This document shows, in pieces, positions 39,760 to 49,033 of a DNA stretch of 64,000 bases. Location: contig OZ252149.1 in NCBI GenBank assembly GCA_965248755.1, positions 2,784,001-2,848,000 on the forward strand, given 5' to 3'. The notes beneath the pieces were generated by a model. The model had not been told where the DNA came from and did not search any database. It saw nothing but the letters and a program-made list of their open reading frames with translations. The stretch comes from Candidatus Latescibacterota bacterium. GTDB taxonomy: Bacteria > Latescibacterota > CBDEFO01. Positions within the stretch are counted from its first letter, which is position 1. Each line of letters opens with the position of its first letter. The translations under genes were made by a program, and so were the position numbers.

Positions 39760-40036
39760 AGGTTCATGCCTCCGAGGGATGATTGTAGACGCTTCTTGTT
39801 GTAGTCCTCAATCCATTGGGATATGATATGATCTGTTCGAAGGACTCCAAACGGTTAGACCAAACACACTTTTTATTCAGGTTCCAGAAAAAACGTTTCC
39901 CGTTGTCCACTCATACGCCTGCTAGTAGCCGATGCCATTTTCCCGATACATCCGCTCTTTTCAAAAGATCCAACACGACCTCTGCCTTTCTAAATGTTGT
40001 ACAACTCTAACTATCTTTCGCTACAGGGATTGACAT
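39760..40036 (-). pseudogene. IS3-family transposase remnant
   Basis: RFFWNLNKKCVWSNRLESFEQ, then after a frameshift QWIEDYNKKRLQSSLGGM, resembling the rve C-terminus; in-frame stops. Confidence 0.6.
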
Positions 40037-40052
40037 CTTTTTGACCTCCTTT

Positions 40053-40073
40053 CCCCGATAGCATCACTCGGGG
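40053..40073. repeat. Family A palindrome, variant
   Basis: ccccgatagcatcactcgggg. Confidence 0.7.
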
Positions 40074-40239
40074 ACAAGCCTCAAACCCCAATTTGCATAA
40101 TATGTGTGGATTTGTCAAGAGCAACAGTGTGACACATGCTTTGCTTCTGTATTGTCTTGACATTCAAAACTATCAGGTGTATTTTGGTTATGGGCCACAG
40201 ATTATGCACTGCTCTTGTGCCTCCGGGGAAAGGTCGCCT

Positions 40240-41079
40240 TTGAGAACACTTATCGCTCTCATACAACTTACAAGACCCTTAAACTGTCTGATCTGTTTTT
40301 TCTCCGTGATCGTAGGTGCAGCAGCGTCGGGGACTATAGCTTCGCCTCTTAAAGCTATAGTTGCCGCCTTTTCTGCAACTCTTATCGCCGCAGCTGGCAA
40401 TGGCTTTAACGACCTTTCTGACGTGGAAGCCGACAGGATAGATAAACCCCACCGTCCTATACCGGCCGAGGTAGTCACAAAGCGCACCGCTTCTATTCAA
40501 TCTACGTTGCTCTTCATCGGCGGTATGCTCCTGTCGTTCCTTATAAATAAAGGGGCAGTTGTCGTAGCTTTTGCAACAACTCTTCTTCTGATTCAATATA
40601 GCATTAGATTAAAATCTATTCCGCTGGTGGGTAATTTTACGGTCAGTTGCGTTGCAGCTTTAGCCTTTGTCTACGGGGGACTTTCTACCGGAAACATATA
40701 CGCATCCTTTATACCCGCACTATTTGCCATCCTTTTCCACCTTGGACGGGAGATCATCAAAGACGTAGAAGACATCCAGGGGGACATGCACTCCAATTAT
40801 TCCACTTTCCCCGTTGTCAAAGGCAAAAAAGCGGCGTTTGCAGCCGCTACCGCCGTCTACACTATTCTTATGCTTCTGACTCTTGTGCCCTACCCACTTC
40901 GCATCTACGGTTCGGCCTATTTAGTCGTTGTGCTTGTGGGGGTGCATCCTGTGCTCATATATGTTATCAGATCTATGTGGAAGGATGATTCCTCCGCCAA
41001 CCTCAAAAGACTCAACACTATCCTCAAAGCCGATATGGTTGTCGGTCTTGTTGCTGTCCTTGTTGGAGCTAACGTCTGA
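40240..41079 (+). CDS. UbiA-family prenyltransferase, DGGGP synthase-like
   Basis: LTRPLN, NDLSDVEADRIDKPHRPIP and REIIKDVEDIQGD motifs; start placed at TTG 40240, downstream of TTGACA-17-TATTTT (40157-40185). Confidence 0.85.
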   Translation: MRTLIALIQLTRPLNCLICFFSVIVGAAASGTIASPLKAIVAAFSATLIAAAGNGFNDLSDVEADRIDKPHRPIPAEVVTKRTASIQSTLLFIGGMLLSFLINKGAVVVAFATTLLLIQYSIRLKSIPLVGNFTVSCVAALAFVYGGLSTGNIYASFIPALFAILFHLGREIIKDVEDIQGDMHSNYSTFPVVKGKKAAFAAATAVYTILMLLTLVPYPLRIYGSAYLVVVLVGVHPVLIYVIRSMWKDDSSANLKRLNTILKADMVVGLVAVLVGANV

Positions 41080-41081
41080 AG

Positions 41082-41912
41082 TTGGAGAGCCAGTTGGAGA
41101 AGGTCTCTGGATTCTGGATAGGTCTCATACTTGCTGCTTTAGTAGCCACTCTTTCATACAGAGTCCGATTTCTGACTGTCAGTGGCTCAGTCGGAGCGCT
41201 TGTTTTAGGAACTGTTATCTTCGGATTAGGAGGACTGCCATGGGTTTTTGCTCTTCTTGTCTTTTTCTTGGCATCAAGTCTCCTATCCAAACTCGGCGCA
41301 GAGAGGAAAAAGGATTTCAGGGCTGTCTTTGAAAAGGCATCGACTAGGGATCTTGCCCAGGTTCTGGCCAACGGAGGTATCCCCGGGGCTATAGTGCTAG
41401 CGAACGCTCTTTTGCCATCGCCGATCTGGTGTACAGCATATTTAGGGGCCCTTGCCACTGCCACAGCCGACACGTGGGGGACAGAGATAGGCATCCTCTC
41501 GACCTCCCGCCCTCGTCTTATAACTGACCTTAAAACAGTTGATCCCGGAACATCGGGAGCCGTTTCTTTTATTGGATTTACAGGGTCCGTTCTCGGTTCT
41601 CTCCTTATCGCCTCTACGGGATTGGCCTTTTACCCCTATTTGAATGTCCTGAACTTGACAGCTATCTGGCTTGCTGGAATTGCAGGGGCCCTCGCAGACA
41701 GTCTTTTGGGAGCGACTCTACAGCGGGAATATATGTGCTCCAAATGTCTCCAAACGACAGAGCGCCCTTTTCACTGTGAAGAGACGTCCTGTCGTTTAAC
41801 TTCTGGGATAAGCTGGCTTGGAAATGATGCTGTCAATGCCCTATCGTCCCTCTATGGAGCCGTCTTTGCCTTGATAGTAGATAGGCTATTAGACCTGTTT
41901 ATTTCCCTCTAA
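41082..41912 (+). CDS. DUF92 (TMEM19-like) membrane protein
   Basis: RDLAQVLANG, ADTWGTEIG, PGTSGAVS and DSLLGATLQ motifs. Confidence 0.9.
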   Translation: MESQLEKVSGFWIGLILAALVATLSYRVRFLTVSGSVGALVLGTVIFGLGGLPWVFALLVFFLASSLLSKLGAERKKDFRAVFEKASTRDLAQVLANGGIPGAIVLANALLPSPIWCTAYLGALATATADTWGTEIGILSTSRPRLITDLKTVDPGTSGAVSFIGFTGSVLGSLLIASTGLAFYPYLNVLNLTAIWLAGIAGALADSLLGATLQREYMCSKCLQTTERPFHCEETSCRLTSGISWLGNDAVNALSSLYGAVFALIVDRLLDLFISL

Positions 41913-41938
41913 AAGTTTGCGAAGGCATATCTTTTTAC

Positions 41939-41967
41939 TTGACATAAGTTTCATATTGTATTATGAT
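41939..41967 (+). promoter_or_regulatory. sigma70 promoter for the HU/IHF gene
   Basis: TTGACA-17-TATGAT. Confidence 0.75.
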
Positions 41968-42087
41968 TATGGAAGCCCTCAATAGAGGTTGAAATTACAG
42001 GTACTGAAGCAGAAGGGATGAAAAATTGAGCAGGTGATAGGAATATCAGAAAAGTTGTGGAGAGGATTAAAAAGAAAGGAACCGCTT

Positions 42088-42381
42088 GTGACAACGACTA
42101 AGAAGGATCTCGCTATAAGAGTCAGCCAGGATACAGCTTGTAAGAAGAGTTTAGCTGCCGATATGGTCCAGAGCTTATTCGATGCAATGAGAGAGAGCCT
42201 TGAAAAAGGCGAAAGAATAGAGATCAGAGGCTTCGGAGTCTTTCAGGTTAAGAACACCAGACCCAAGCCTGCTGCAAGGAATCCAAGAACAGGAGAAAGG
42301 ATCCGCGTTCCCGCACGTCGCAAGACCCACTTTAAACCCGGCAAGCTTCTCAAAGACACACTCCACCAGTCGATAGAGTAG
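42088..42381 (+). CDS. HU/IHF family DNA-binding protein
   Basis: TKKDL, IEIRGFGVF, ARNPRTGE and FKPGK motifs; GTG start after AAGGA. Confidence 0.94.
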   Translation: MTTTKKDLAIRVSQDTACKKSLAADMVQSLFDAMRESLEKGERIEIRGFGVFQVKNTRPKPAARNPRTGERIRVPARRKTHFKPGKLLKDTLHQSIE

Positions 42382-42418
42382 CGGAGAGTCAATGTGCTTT
42401 TTTCCCAGAAAAGTTGTT

Positions 42419-42439
42419 CCCCGATAGAATCAATCGGGG
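42419..42439. repeat. Family A palindrome
   Basis: ccccgatagaatcaatcgggg. Confidence 0.8.
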
Positions 42440-42541
42440 ATGGCGAGCGCCTTCGATCTTTTGGGGTCTCCTTCTCTCCAGAGGAATCTCTCCATGCACA
42501 GTAGGGTGTAATCGCCAGACTCGCTTGAGAGGGAACTGAAA

Positions 42542-42965
42542 GTGGACGACTCTGCTGTAATATTACCGCTTTTGGTATTCATCTTGTTTATTCTGCTGGT
42601 CTTCGGATTTCACACGCTTATAAGTGAATATCTCGAGTGGGCAATTGAAGGTGTCCTGCTCGCTATATTGGCATCCGAAGCGTGGCGTATCTTCAAGTAT
42701 CAGGCAGTTAAACAAATTGAAAAGGAAAGCAGAGATAGCTGCAAAAAAGAGAGAGTATAATCGGCTTATGGAGCAGTCCCAAACCTATCTGGATAAAGGA
42801 CGTATAGACGAAGCCCTTGATCTTTGCAACAGAGCCGCCCTACTGACAGAGGACGAATCTATAGTTGCAAAAAGGTATGAGGAGACGGGAGATGTGCTTA
42901 TGCTGTTAGGAGAGTTTGGGAAAGCCAAAGAATGTTTTCAAAAGGGCATTCGTCTTCTCGTTTAG
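42542..42965 (+). pseudogene. Membrane-anchored TPR-like protein split by a frameshift
   Basis: Hydrophobic ORF 42542-42760 overlaps a +1-frame ORF with TPR-like helices (GRIDEALDLCNRA, GEFGKAKECFQKG). Confidence 0.55.
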
Positions 42966-43173
42966 GGTCTTGAGTAGCACAGTAGTTTTTGCCTATAGAT
43001 CTGATAACGAAAAAGGTGGTAGACAGAATATAGGTACTAGCCGCCGTGGACGCTTTGTCAGGGAGTGGAGGCAGCAGCGCACGAAGTGCCGCCCCTACTC
43101 CCTTTTTATTGACGAACAGGAGTCAACTGCTTAGATGTGCATCGGAGCAAGCTTTGGACAGACCGGAGGAAAT

Positions 43174-44016
43174 ATGCTATTAGGAGCACACACATCGGGT
43201 CAAGGAGGATTGGATAAGGCTGTTTTAGTGGCTGAGGAGATAGGCTGTAACACGGTTCAGATATTTACCAAAAATCCAAACCAGTGGAGGGGTTTCGAGC
43301 TTACAGATGAGATCACGGATGGGTTTAAGAAAGTCTGCAGGGATACGGGGATATATCCTGTGGTGGCTCACGATTCTTATCTGATTAACTTGGCTTCTCC
43401 ACAAAAGGCCACGTACGGAAGATCAATAGGGGCCTTCCACACGGAGATAAAAAGGGCGGAAGCCCTAGGCGTTTCATTTCTGGTGACTCATCCGGGGGCT
43501 CACAAAGATTCGGGAGAGGATGAGGGGATAAAGCGTCTGTCAGAGAGTATTAACAACGTGCACCACAAGACTCCTGGATTTCAACTTAAAATCCTGTTAG
43601 AGACTACGGCGGGTCAGGGGACATATTTAGGACACAGATTTGAGCACCTAACACAGATGATAGAGCTGATTGATGAAGACGACAGAGTAGGCGTCTGTTT
43701 CGATACTTGCCACGTGTTTGCGGCCGGATACGATATAAGAACAAGCGACGGGTATTACAAGACTTTGGAGGAGTTCGATAAGATTGTAGGATTTGATAGG
43801 CTTAAGGTAATTCACGCTAACGATTCCAAGAAGGGATTGGGCAGCAGAGCGGACAGGCACGAACATATAGGAGAGGGGCAGATAGGTCTGGAGGCGTTCA
43901 GGCTGTTGCTCAACGACGAAAGGTTGAAAGGAATACCGATGATAGTAGAGACTCCGGACTCTGAGACCATGCACAAGGTAAATCTGATGAGATTAAGAGA
44001 CCTGATAGAACCGTAG
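43174..44016 (+). CDS. nfo: Endonuclease IV
   Basis: GAHTS, QIFTKNPNQW, HDSYLINL, HPG, ETTAGQG, DTCH and DRHE motifs. Confidence 0.97.
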   Translation: MLLGAHTSGQGGLDKAVLVAEEIGCNTVQIFTKNPNQWRGFELTDEITDGFKKVCRDTGIYPVVAHDSYLINLASPQKATYGRSIGAFHTEIKRAEALGVSFLVTHPGAHKDSGEDEGIKRLSESINNVHHKTPGFQLKILLETTAGQGTYLGHRFEHLTQMIELIDEDDRVGVCFDTCHVFAAGYDIRTSDGYYKTLEEFDKIVGFDRLKVIHANDSKKGLGSRADRHEHIGEGQIGLEAFRLLLNDERLKGIPMIVETPDSETMHKVNLMRLRDLIEP

Positions 44017-44036
44017 AGTTCCGGCAAGAAAAATAC

Positions 44037-44065
44037 TTGACAAGTTGCGGGTTTGTCACTATACT
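44037..44065 (+). promoter_or_regulatory. sigma70 promoter with overlapping inverted repeat TGACAA-N9-TTGTCA
   Basis: TTGACA-17-TATACT upstream of the giant permease gene. Confidence 0.75.
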
Positions 44066-44162
44066 AATTCCACATTAGGTAGATAGAAGTGGTAGATAAA
44101 GTCACACCTTGCGCAATTCCAGATATTATGGAGATAAGGGGATCATGAAGGCAAGGGGATGC

Positions 44163-47100
44163 ATGAAGGCTAAGGCTTTGATTTTAATGTCTCTTATGTT
44201 TGGATTGTATTCCGATACAGAGGCAGCCTATACCCCTGACATGGATTACGATGACCTTTATGAATCTGTGGATGAGGACAGGATAAGAGAAAATGTAGAG
44301 TTCCTGTCGTCTTTGGGATCGAGGGTCGTGGGTTATCCAGGTAGCGATACAGCGGCGGTGTACATACAGCGGCAGTTTGAAAGAATCGGGCTCCAGGATG
44401 TAAGGTCGGAGGAGTACACGATGGTCATTCCGGTGGACAAGGGAGGGAGTCTTAGCATCATAGGTGAAGATAAGAAGATAAGGCTCTACTCGATATGGCC
44501 CAATTTAGTTAAGACATCTACGCTGCCTGAGGGTGGAATAAGAGGGAATTTGATATACGGAGGGTCGGGAGAATTTTCAGCCTTCAACGGGAAGGATGTG
44601 GAGGGGAGTATAACTCTTATGGAGTTTAACACGTGGAACAACTGGCTGAATGCTGCGATGTTAGGGACACAGGCTGTGATTTTCATTGAGCCTGACGAGA
44701 CGGTGTACCTGGAAGCCGAGCAAAAATTTGTCCAAGTTCCTTTAAGCGTCGAAAGGTTCTGGATCTCCAAGGAGGAAGGCCGATATCTGTTAGAACGATT
44801 GAAAGAGGAGGATATTCAGGTCCACATGGAGGCGAGGATGGACTGGGAAAGGAGACCGGCGTGGAACATTATGGGAACTATACCTGGGTACGACGCAGTG
44901 TTGAAGGATGAGATAATAGCCATTCAGTCCTATTACGATGCGATGTCGGTAGTTCCTGCACTGGCTCCAGGCGCGGAGATGTCATCTGGCGTCGTTGGAC
45001 TCTTGGAGCTGGCAAGGTATTTCAGGCAGCATCCTTCCAGAAGGACATTGATATTTCTGGCGACTTCGGCTCACCATCTGGGATTAAGAGGGATAAGCGA
45101 TTTCCTTCAGAGGCACCACAGGAGGGAGGAACATTACGTCAAGATGATGGAAGAGCCTATAGACATAAAGCTGTTTATAGGACTGGATCTGTCCTCGCGG
45201 ACCGATGAGTTGGGGATATGGAACAGCAGTTCGGGCTTTTCTCACAAGCGTTTCTTCGCTCCGTTCGGCAGGACCTTTGTGAATCTTGCAGAAAGAGTAG
45301 GTAAGGCATTAGGTTTAGATCCGAAAGGCGTTTTGGCAAACGGCATCAGTCCCGTGACCGGAATCAGTTGGGAGACGTTTATCCCCGGGGGATCTATAAA
45401 TGTGGATAGTGAGGTCGTGTTCCGCACAGGGACCCCATCTTTGTCTTTTGTGACTATCAACGACGGAAGATTTCTGGCGGATACTCCCTTCGATGTGCCG
45501 GAGAAGATGAACTTTTCTAACCTTGCGACTCAGATCAGAGTACTGGCGGGGATGTTCTATATGGCGTTCGACGATCCGCGCCTCTTTCCAGACCTCAAGG
45601 AGAGGCAGAAAGATACCCTCAAAGGAGTTTTAGGTCGGGTGGCCACGCTTACCAGGGGCAGCGTAACACCGGATCATCCAGTAGCGGGGGCTGTGGCGGT
45701 TTTAAGGACGGGAGGAAAGTCGCAAAAAGGTGTCAGGGGCACGCACTACGAGATCACAGACGCAGATGGCCTCTTTCAAGTCAATAGCATCTTAGTAAGT
45801 AACCTGGCTGTTGAGGCTTACTACATCGATCCTTATACGGGGAATATCACGTACGCACCCAACAAAGGGGGACAGTCTAAGATATATGGTGCTGAGTTCA
45901 CTGCAGATTGGTGGCAGACAAAGACAGTCACCGAGCTCTTTCAGTGTGTCTCGACCGACTTTTACGATACTGTGGATCCGAGGTACTTGACCAAGCTTCA
46001 GGAAGTTGTGGTTTACGACGAGAGCAATACAGCCCCAAACGACTTCGGGTATTCGATAGGCTATGGTCCGACCGAGCCTATAGGGGTGCTCTTTACGCGA
46101 CCGGGAGAGAAAGTTAAGATCTCTATGAGTGCGGGGATGTTCGGCGTACGATACCTCTTGACCAATTCTACCATACAGGTAGAAGATACCTTAACGGTCT
46201 CCCTCGATGCCCCGGTCCTCCTGCGCACAGACCAAGCGAAGATCGAAAAAGGTTCCTTTAAGCTTATCGATTCTGGAGGAACGCTCCTTAGGGTGGGAGT
46301 TGACTACACGGTAGACTACGAAAACGGATCTATAACGGCTCTTTCCTCCGGTGGGAGACTCGTTGACGGAATTGACTATAATATCAGCTATCGCATATTC
46401 CCACAAAATGAAGAGGAAGCAACGGGGGTGGGGTTTGAGACTTTAGATCACGGGGCGCTCATCAGGACTTCCTTTTTAGCTGCCAGGGACATGTGGAATC
46501 TGGATGAAGCCAGGATCAACGAGCTTAAGAAGTACTCCATAGAGAATAAGAGGCTGGATTTACTCCACAATACCGCTGGGACGCAGTTGGATCTGGCGCA
46601 GAAGGCTATGGAGGATAAGAGATGGGACGATTTTATTAAGTATACCAGAGCTGCGATGGGCATAGAGTCAAGGGCCTATCCTGATGTCAGAGACACTCAA
46701 AATGACGTGGTAAGGGGGATAATATTCTTTATGGTTCTGGTGCTCCCATGCGCCTATTTCCTGGAGAGGCTCCTCTTTTCCTTTGCGACTATTCAGGGCA
46801 GAATATTGGGGTTCATCGGAGTATTCATAGTGATATGGTTCTTTATGTCTTTAGTTCATCCTGCATTTGAACTATCCAACCCGTTTGTGATACTGTTAGC
46901 ATTTGTAATCTTGGCTCTGGCGGTATTCGTGATGTCTATGGTATTTTCCAAATTCGACGTTCAGATGAAAAACTTAAGAAAAGAAGCGGCCATAGTGCAC
47001 GATACGGACGTTGGCAGGATGTCTGCGTCTATGACCGCTTTTTCTTTGGGTGTATCCAATATGAGGAGGAGGAAGCTTAGAACAGGGCTGACTTTGGTGA

Positions 47101-48806
47101 CTATCCTGCTTTTGACGTTTACAGTCCTGTCGTTCTCGTCTATAAAGACCAAGTTGAGGTTCAACCAGGTTCCGATGGATGATGAGGGGATATACGAGGG
47201 TGCTCTTATACGGAACAGGACGTGGGGGGGGCTGGAGCAGTCAGCTTACGACTATGCAAAGTCCGATTTCGAGGACATGGCTGTAGTGGTTCCCAGGAGT
47301 TGGTACACCTTTAGGTCCAAGAATTTCATCAAGCTTAAGTGGGAAGACAAATCGGTGAACGCCTTCGGGGTCTTAGGCGTAACTGCCGACGAGCAGGAGG
47401 TGACGGGATTGGACAGGTGTTTACTAGTTGGGAAATGGTTTGATGAGAACGACAGATATGTCTGCATCATTCCGACGGACATGGCAAGCAAATTGGAGAT
47501 AGGCTTTGAGGATGTTGGCACGGCAACGGTCAGGCTCTTCGGGGAGATGTTCACTGTGGTGGGGATTATAGATTCCAGAAAGGCGGAGCACGTAAAGGAC
47601 CTGGATGGAGAGGTCCTGACCCCGGCGGACTTCAAGGAGACAGGCGGACAGATGATTCAGATGACGGCTCAAAGGGAGCAGGAGGAAAGACAGGGTTTGA
47701 CCGACAGACCGCCTGTGATAGAGGCATTTGAGCATCTGAAGATGGATAATGTGCTGATCGTCCCATACAGGACCCTGCGGGAAGTCGGAGGTTCGCTCAG
47801 GTCTGTGGCTGTGAAGTTCAACGAGGGGGTGGACGTAGTAGGCCTGATAGAAAATTTCATCTCCAGGCTGGCTGTGACCCTTTTTGCCGGGATCAAGAAC
47901 GAGGAGACGGGGCGAATAGATGTCTCCGTTTACAGTTCTCTGGGATTGACTACATTCAGGGGGTTGACCAATCTCTTTATCCCGATGTTGATCGCCGCAT
48001 TGATAGTCCTAAATACGATGATGGGGGCCGTCCATGAGCGATTCAGGGAGATAAGTATATATTCTTCCGTAGGGCTGGCCCCTGTGCACATCTCTCTTCT
48101 TTTCATCGCAGAGGCGTGCGTCTATGCGGTCTTAGGGGTGGTATCCGGGTATCTGGTGGGACAAGGTGTGGCAAAGGTGTTGATATTGGGAGGGTGGCTT
48201 TCCGGTTTCACGCTGAACTATTCCTCAATGTCGACCGTTATGTCGGCACTTTTGGTGATGATCGTGGTCATGCTTTCGACTCTGTATCCTGCAAAGAAGG
48301 CCGCAAGTATAGCTGTGCCCGACGTGATGAGGAGGTGGAAGATCCCCGAGCCAGATGGGGACGACTGGACATTCGATTTTCCCTTTACCGTAGGCGGAGC
48401 GGATGTACTGGGAATATGCACCTTCTTGATGGACTATTTCGACGCCTACAGCGAGGAGTCTGTGGGGATATTCTACACTCAAAATGCGAGGCTCTCAGAT
48501 CGTGAGACGCCAAAGGGGATAGGTTACAGCATAGATATGGATATATGGCTGGCTCCTTACGATCAGGGGGTAAGTCAACACATAGAGTTCAGCGCGAATC
48601 CGACAGGCGCGCATAATGTGTATGATATAGAGTTGAACATAAGGCGGGTCAGCGGTCAGGATGTGTCCTGGAAGAGGGCAAATCAGAGGCTTATGAACGT
48701 GATAAGGAAACAGTTCTTAATCTGGAGGACTATCCCTGCTGATGCAAAGGACGAATACAGACACAAGGGAACAAATCTGCTTGAGGAACAGGCTGTTGTG
48801 GCATAA
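44163..48806 (+). CDS. Giant exported M28-peptidase-like / MacB-FtsX-like permease fusion
   Basis: Signal peptide, SRVVGYPGS and PA/M28-like region, TM cluster, NMRRRKLRTGLTL and ERFREISIYSSVGL FtsX motifs; exact start uncertain (44109, 44145 or 44163). Confidence 0.85.
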   Translation: MKAKALILMSLMFGLYSDTEAAYTPDMDYDDLYESVDEDRIRENVEFLSSLGSRVVGYPGSDTAAVYIQRQFERIGLQDVRSEEYTMVIPVDKGGSLSIIGEDKKIRLYSIWPNLVKTSTLPEGGIRGNLIYGGSGEFSAFNGKDVEGSITLMEFNTWNNWLNAAMLGTQAVIFIEPDETVYLEAEQKFVQVPLSVERFWISKEEGRYLLERLKEEDIQVHMEARMDWERRPAWNIMGTIPGYDAVLKDEIIAIQSYYDAMSVVPALAPGAEMSSGVVGLLELARYFRQHPSRRTLIFLATSAHHLGLRGISDFLQRHHRREEHYVKMMEEPIDIKLFIGLDLSSRTDELGIWNSSSGFSHKRFFAPFGRTFVNLAERVGKALGLDPKGVLANGISPVTGISWETFIPGGSINVDSEVVFRTGTPSLSFVTINDGRFLADTPFDVPEKMNFSNLATQIRVLAGMFYMAFDDPRLFPDLKERQKDTLKGVLGRVATLTRGSVTPDHPVAGAVAVLRTGGKSQKGVRGTHYEITDADGLFQVNSILVSNLAVEAYYIDPYTGNITYAPNKGGQSKIYGAEFTADWWQTKTVTELFQCVSTDFYDTVDPRYLTKLQEVVVYDESNTAPNDFGYSIGYGPTEPIGVLFTRPGEKVKISMSAGMFGVRYLLTNSTIQVEDTLTVSLDAPVLLRTDQAKIEKGSFKLIDSGGTLLRVGVDYTVDYENGSITALSSGGRLVDGIDYNISYRIFPQNEEEATGVGFETLDHGALIRTSFLAARDMWNLDEARINELKKYSIENKRLDLLHNTAGTQLDLAQKAMEDKRWDDFIKYTRAAMGIESRAYPDVRDTQNDVVRGIIFFMVLVLPCAYFLERLLFSFATIQGRILGFIGVFIVIWFFMSLVHPAFELSNPFVILLAFVILALAVFVMSMVFSKFDVQMKNLRKEAAIVHDTDVGRMSASMTAFSLGVSNMRRRKLRTGLTLVTILLLTFTVLSFSSIKTKLRFNQVPMDDEGIYEGALIRNRTWGGLEQSAYDYAKSDFEDMAVVVPRSWYTFRSKNFIKLKWEDKSVNAFGVLGVTADEQEVTGLDRCLLVGKWFDENDRYVCIIPTDMASKLEIGFEDVGTATVRLFGEMFTVVGIIDSRKAEHVKDLDGEVLTPADFKETGGQMIQMTAQREQEERQGLTDRPPVIEAFEHLKMDNVLIVPYRTLREVGGSLRSVAVKFNEGVDVVGLIENFISRLAVTLFAGIKNEETGRIDVSVYSSLGLTTFRGLTNLFIPMLIAALIVLNTMMGAVHERFREISIYSSVGLAPVHISLLFIAEACVYAVLGVVSGYLVGQGVAKVLILGGWLSGFTLNYSSMSTVMSALLVMIVVMLSTLYPAKKAASIAVPDVMRRWKIPEPDGDDWTFDFPFTVGGADVLGICTFLMDYFDAYSEESVGIFYTQNARLSDRETPKGIGYSIDMDIWLAPYDQGVSQHIEFSANPTGAHNVYDIELNIRRVSGQDVSWKRANQRLMNVIRKQFLIWRTIPADAKDEYRHKGTNLLEEQAVVA

Positions 48807-49033
48807 AGCAGACAGGGAAAGACAGTAGACGTATGTAGGGGCGAACCGGTGCGGCAGTGACAGGTCTGCCCCTGCACTTTCTATTGCTGGATTTGGGTGA
48901 CATTTCTTGAAATGGCAGCTATACTTTTCTGCATGGTGGTTCTAACATTCCTGTCTGACATTAGATCAGTCAGAACAGAGGTACATGTCTGTTGGCCCGA
49001 TATTTGTGAGGCCAAAATGGAAAGGGCAATTCT

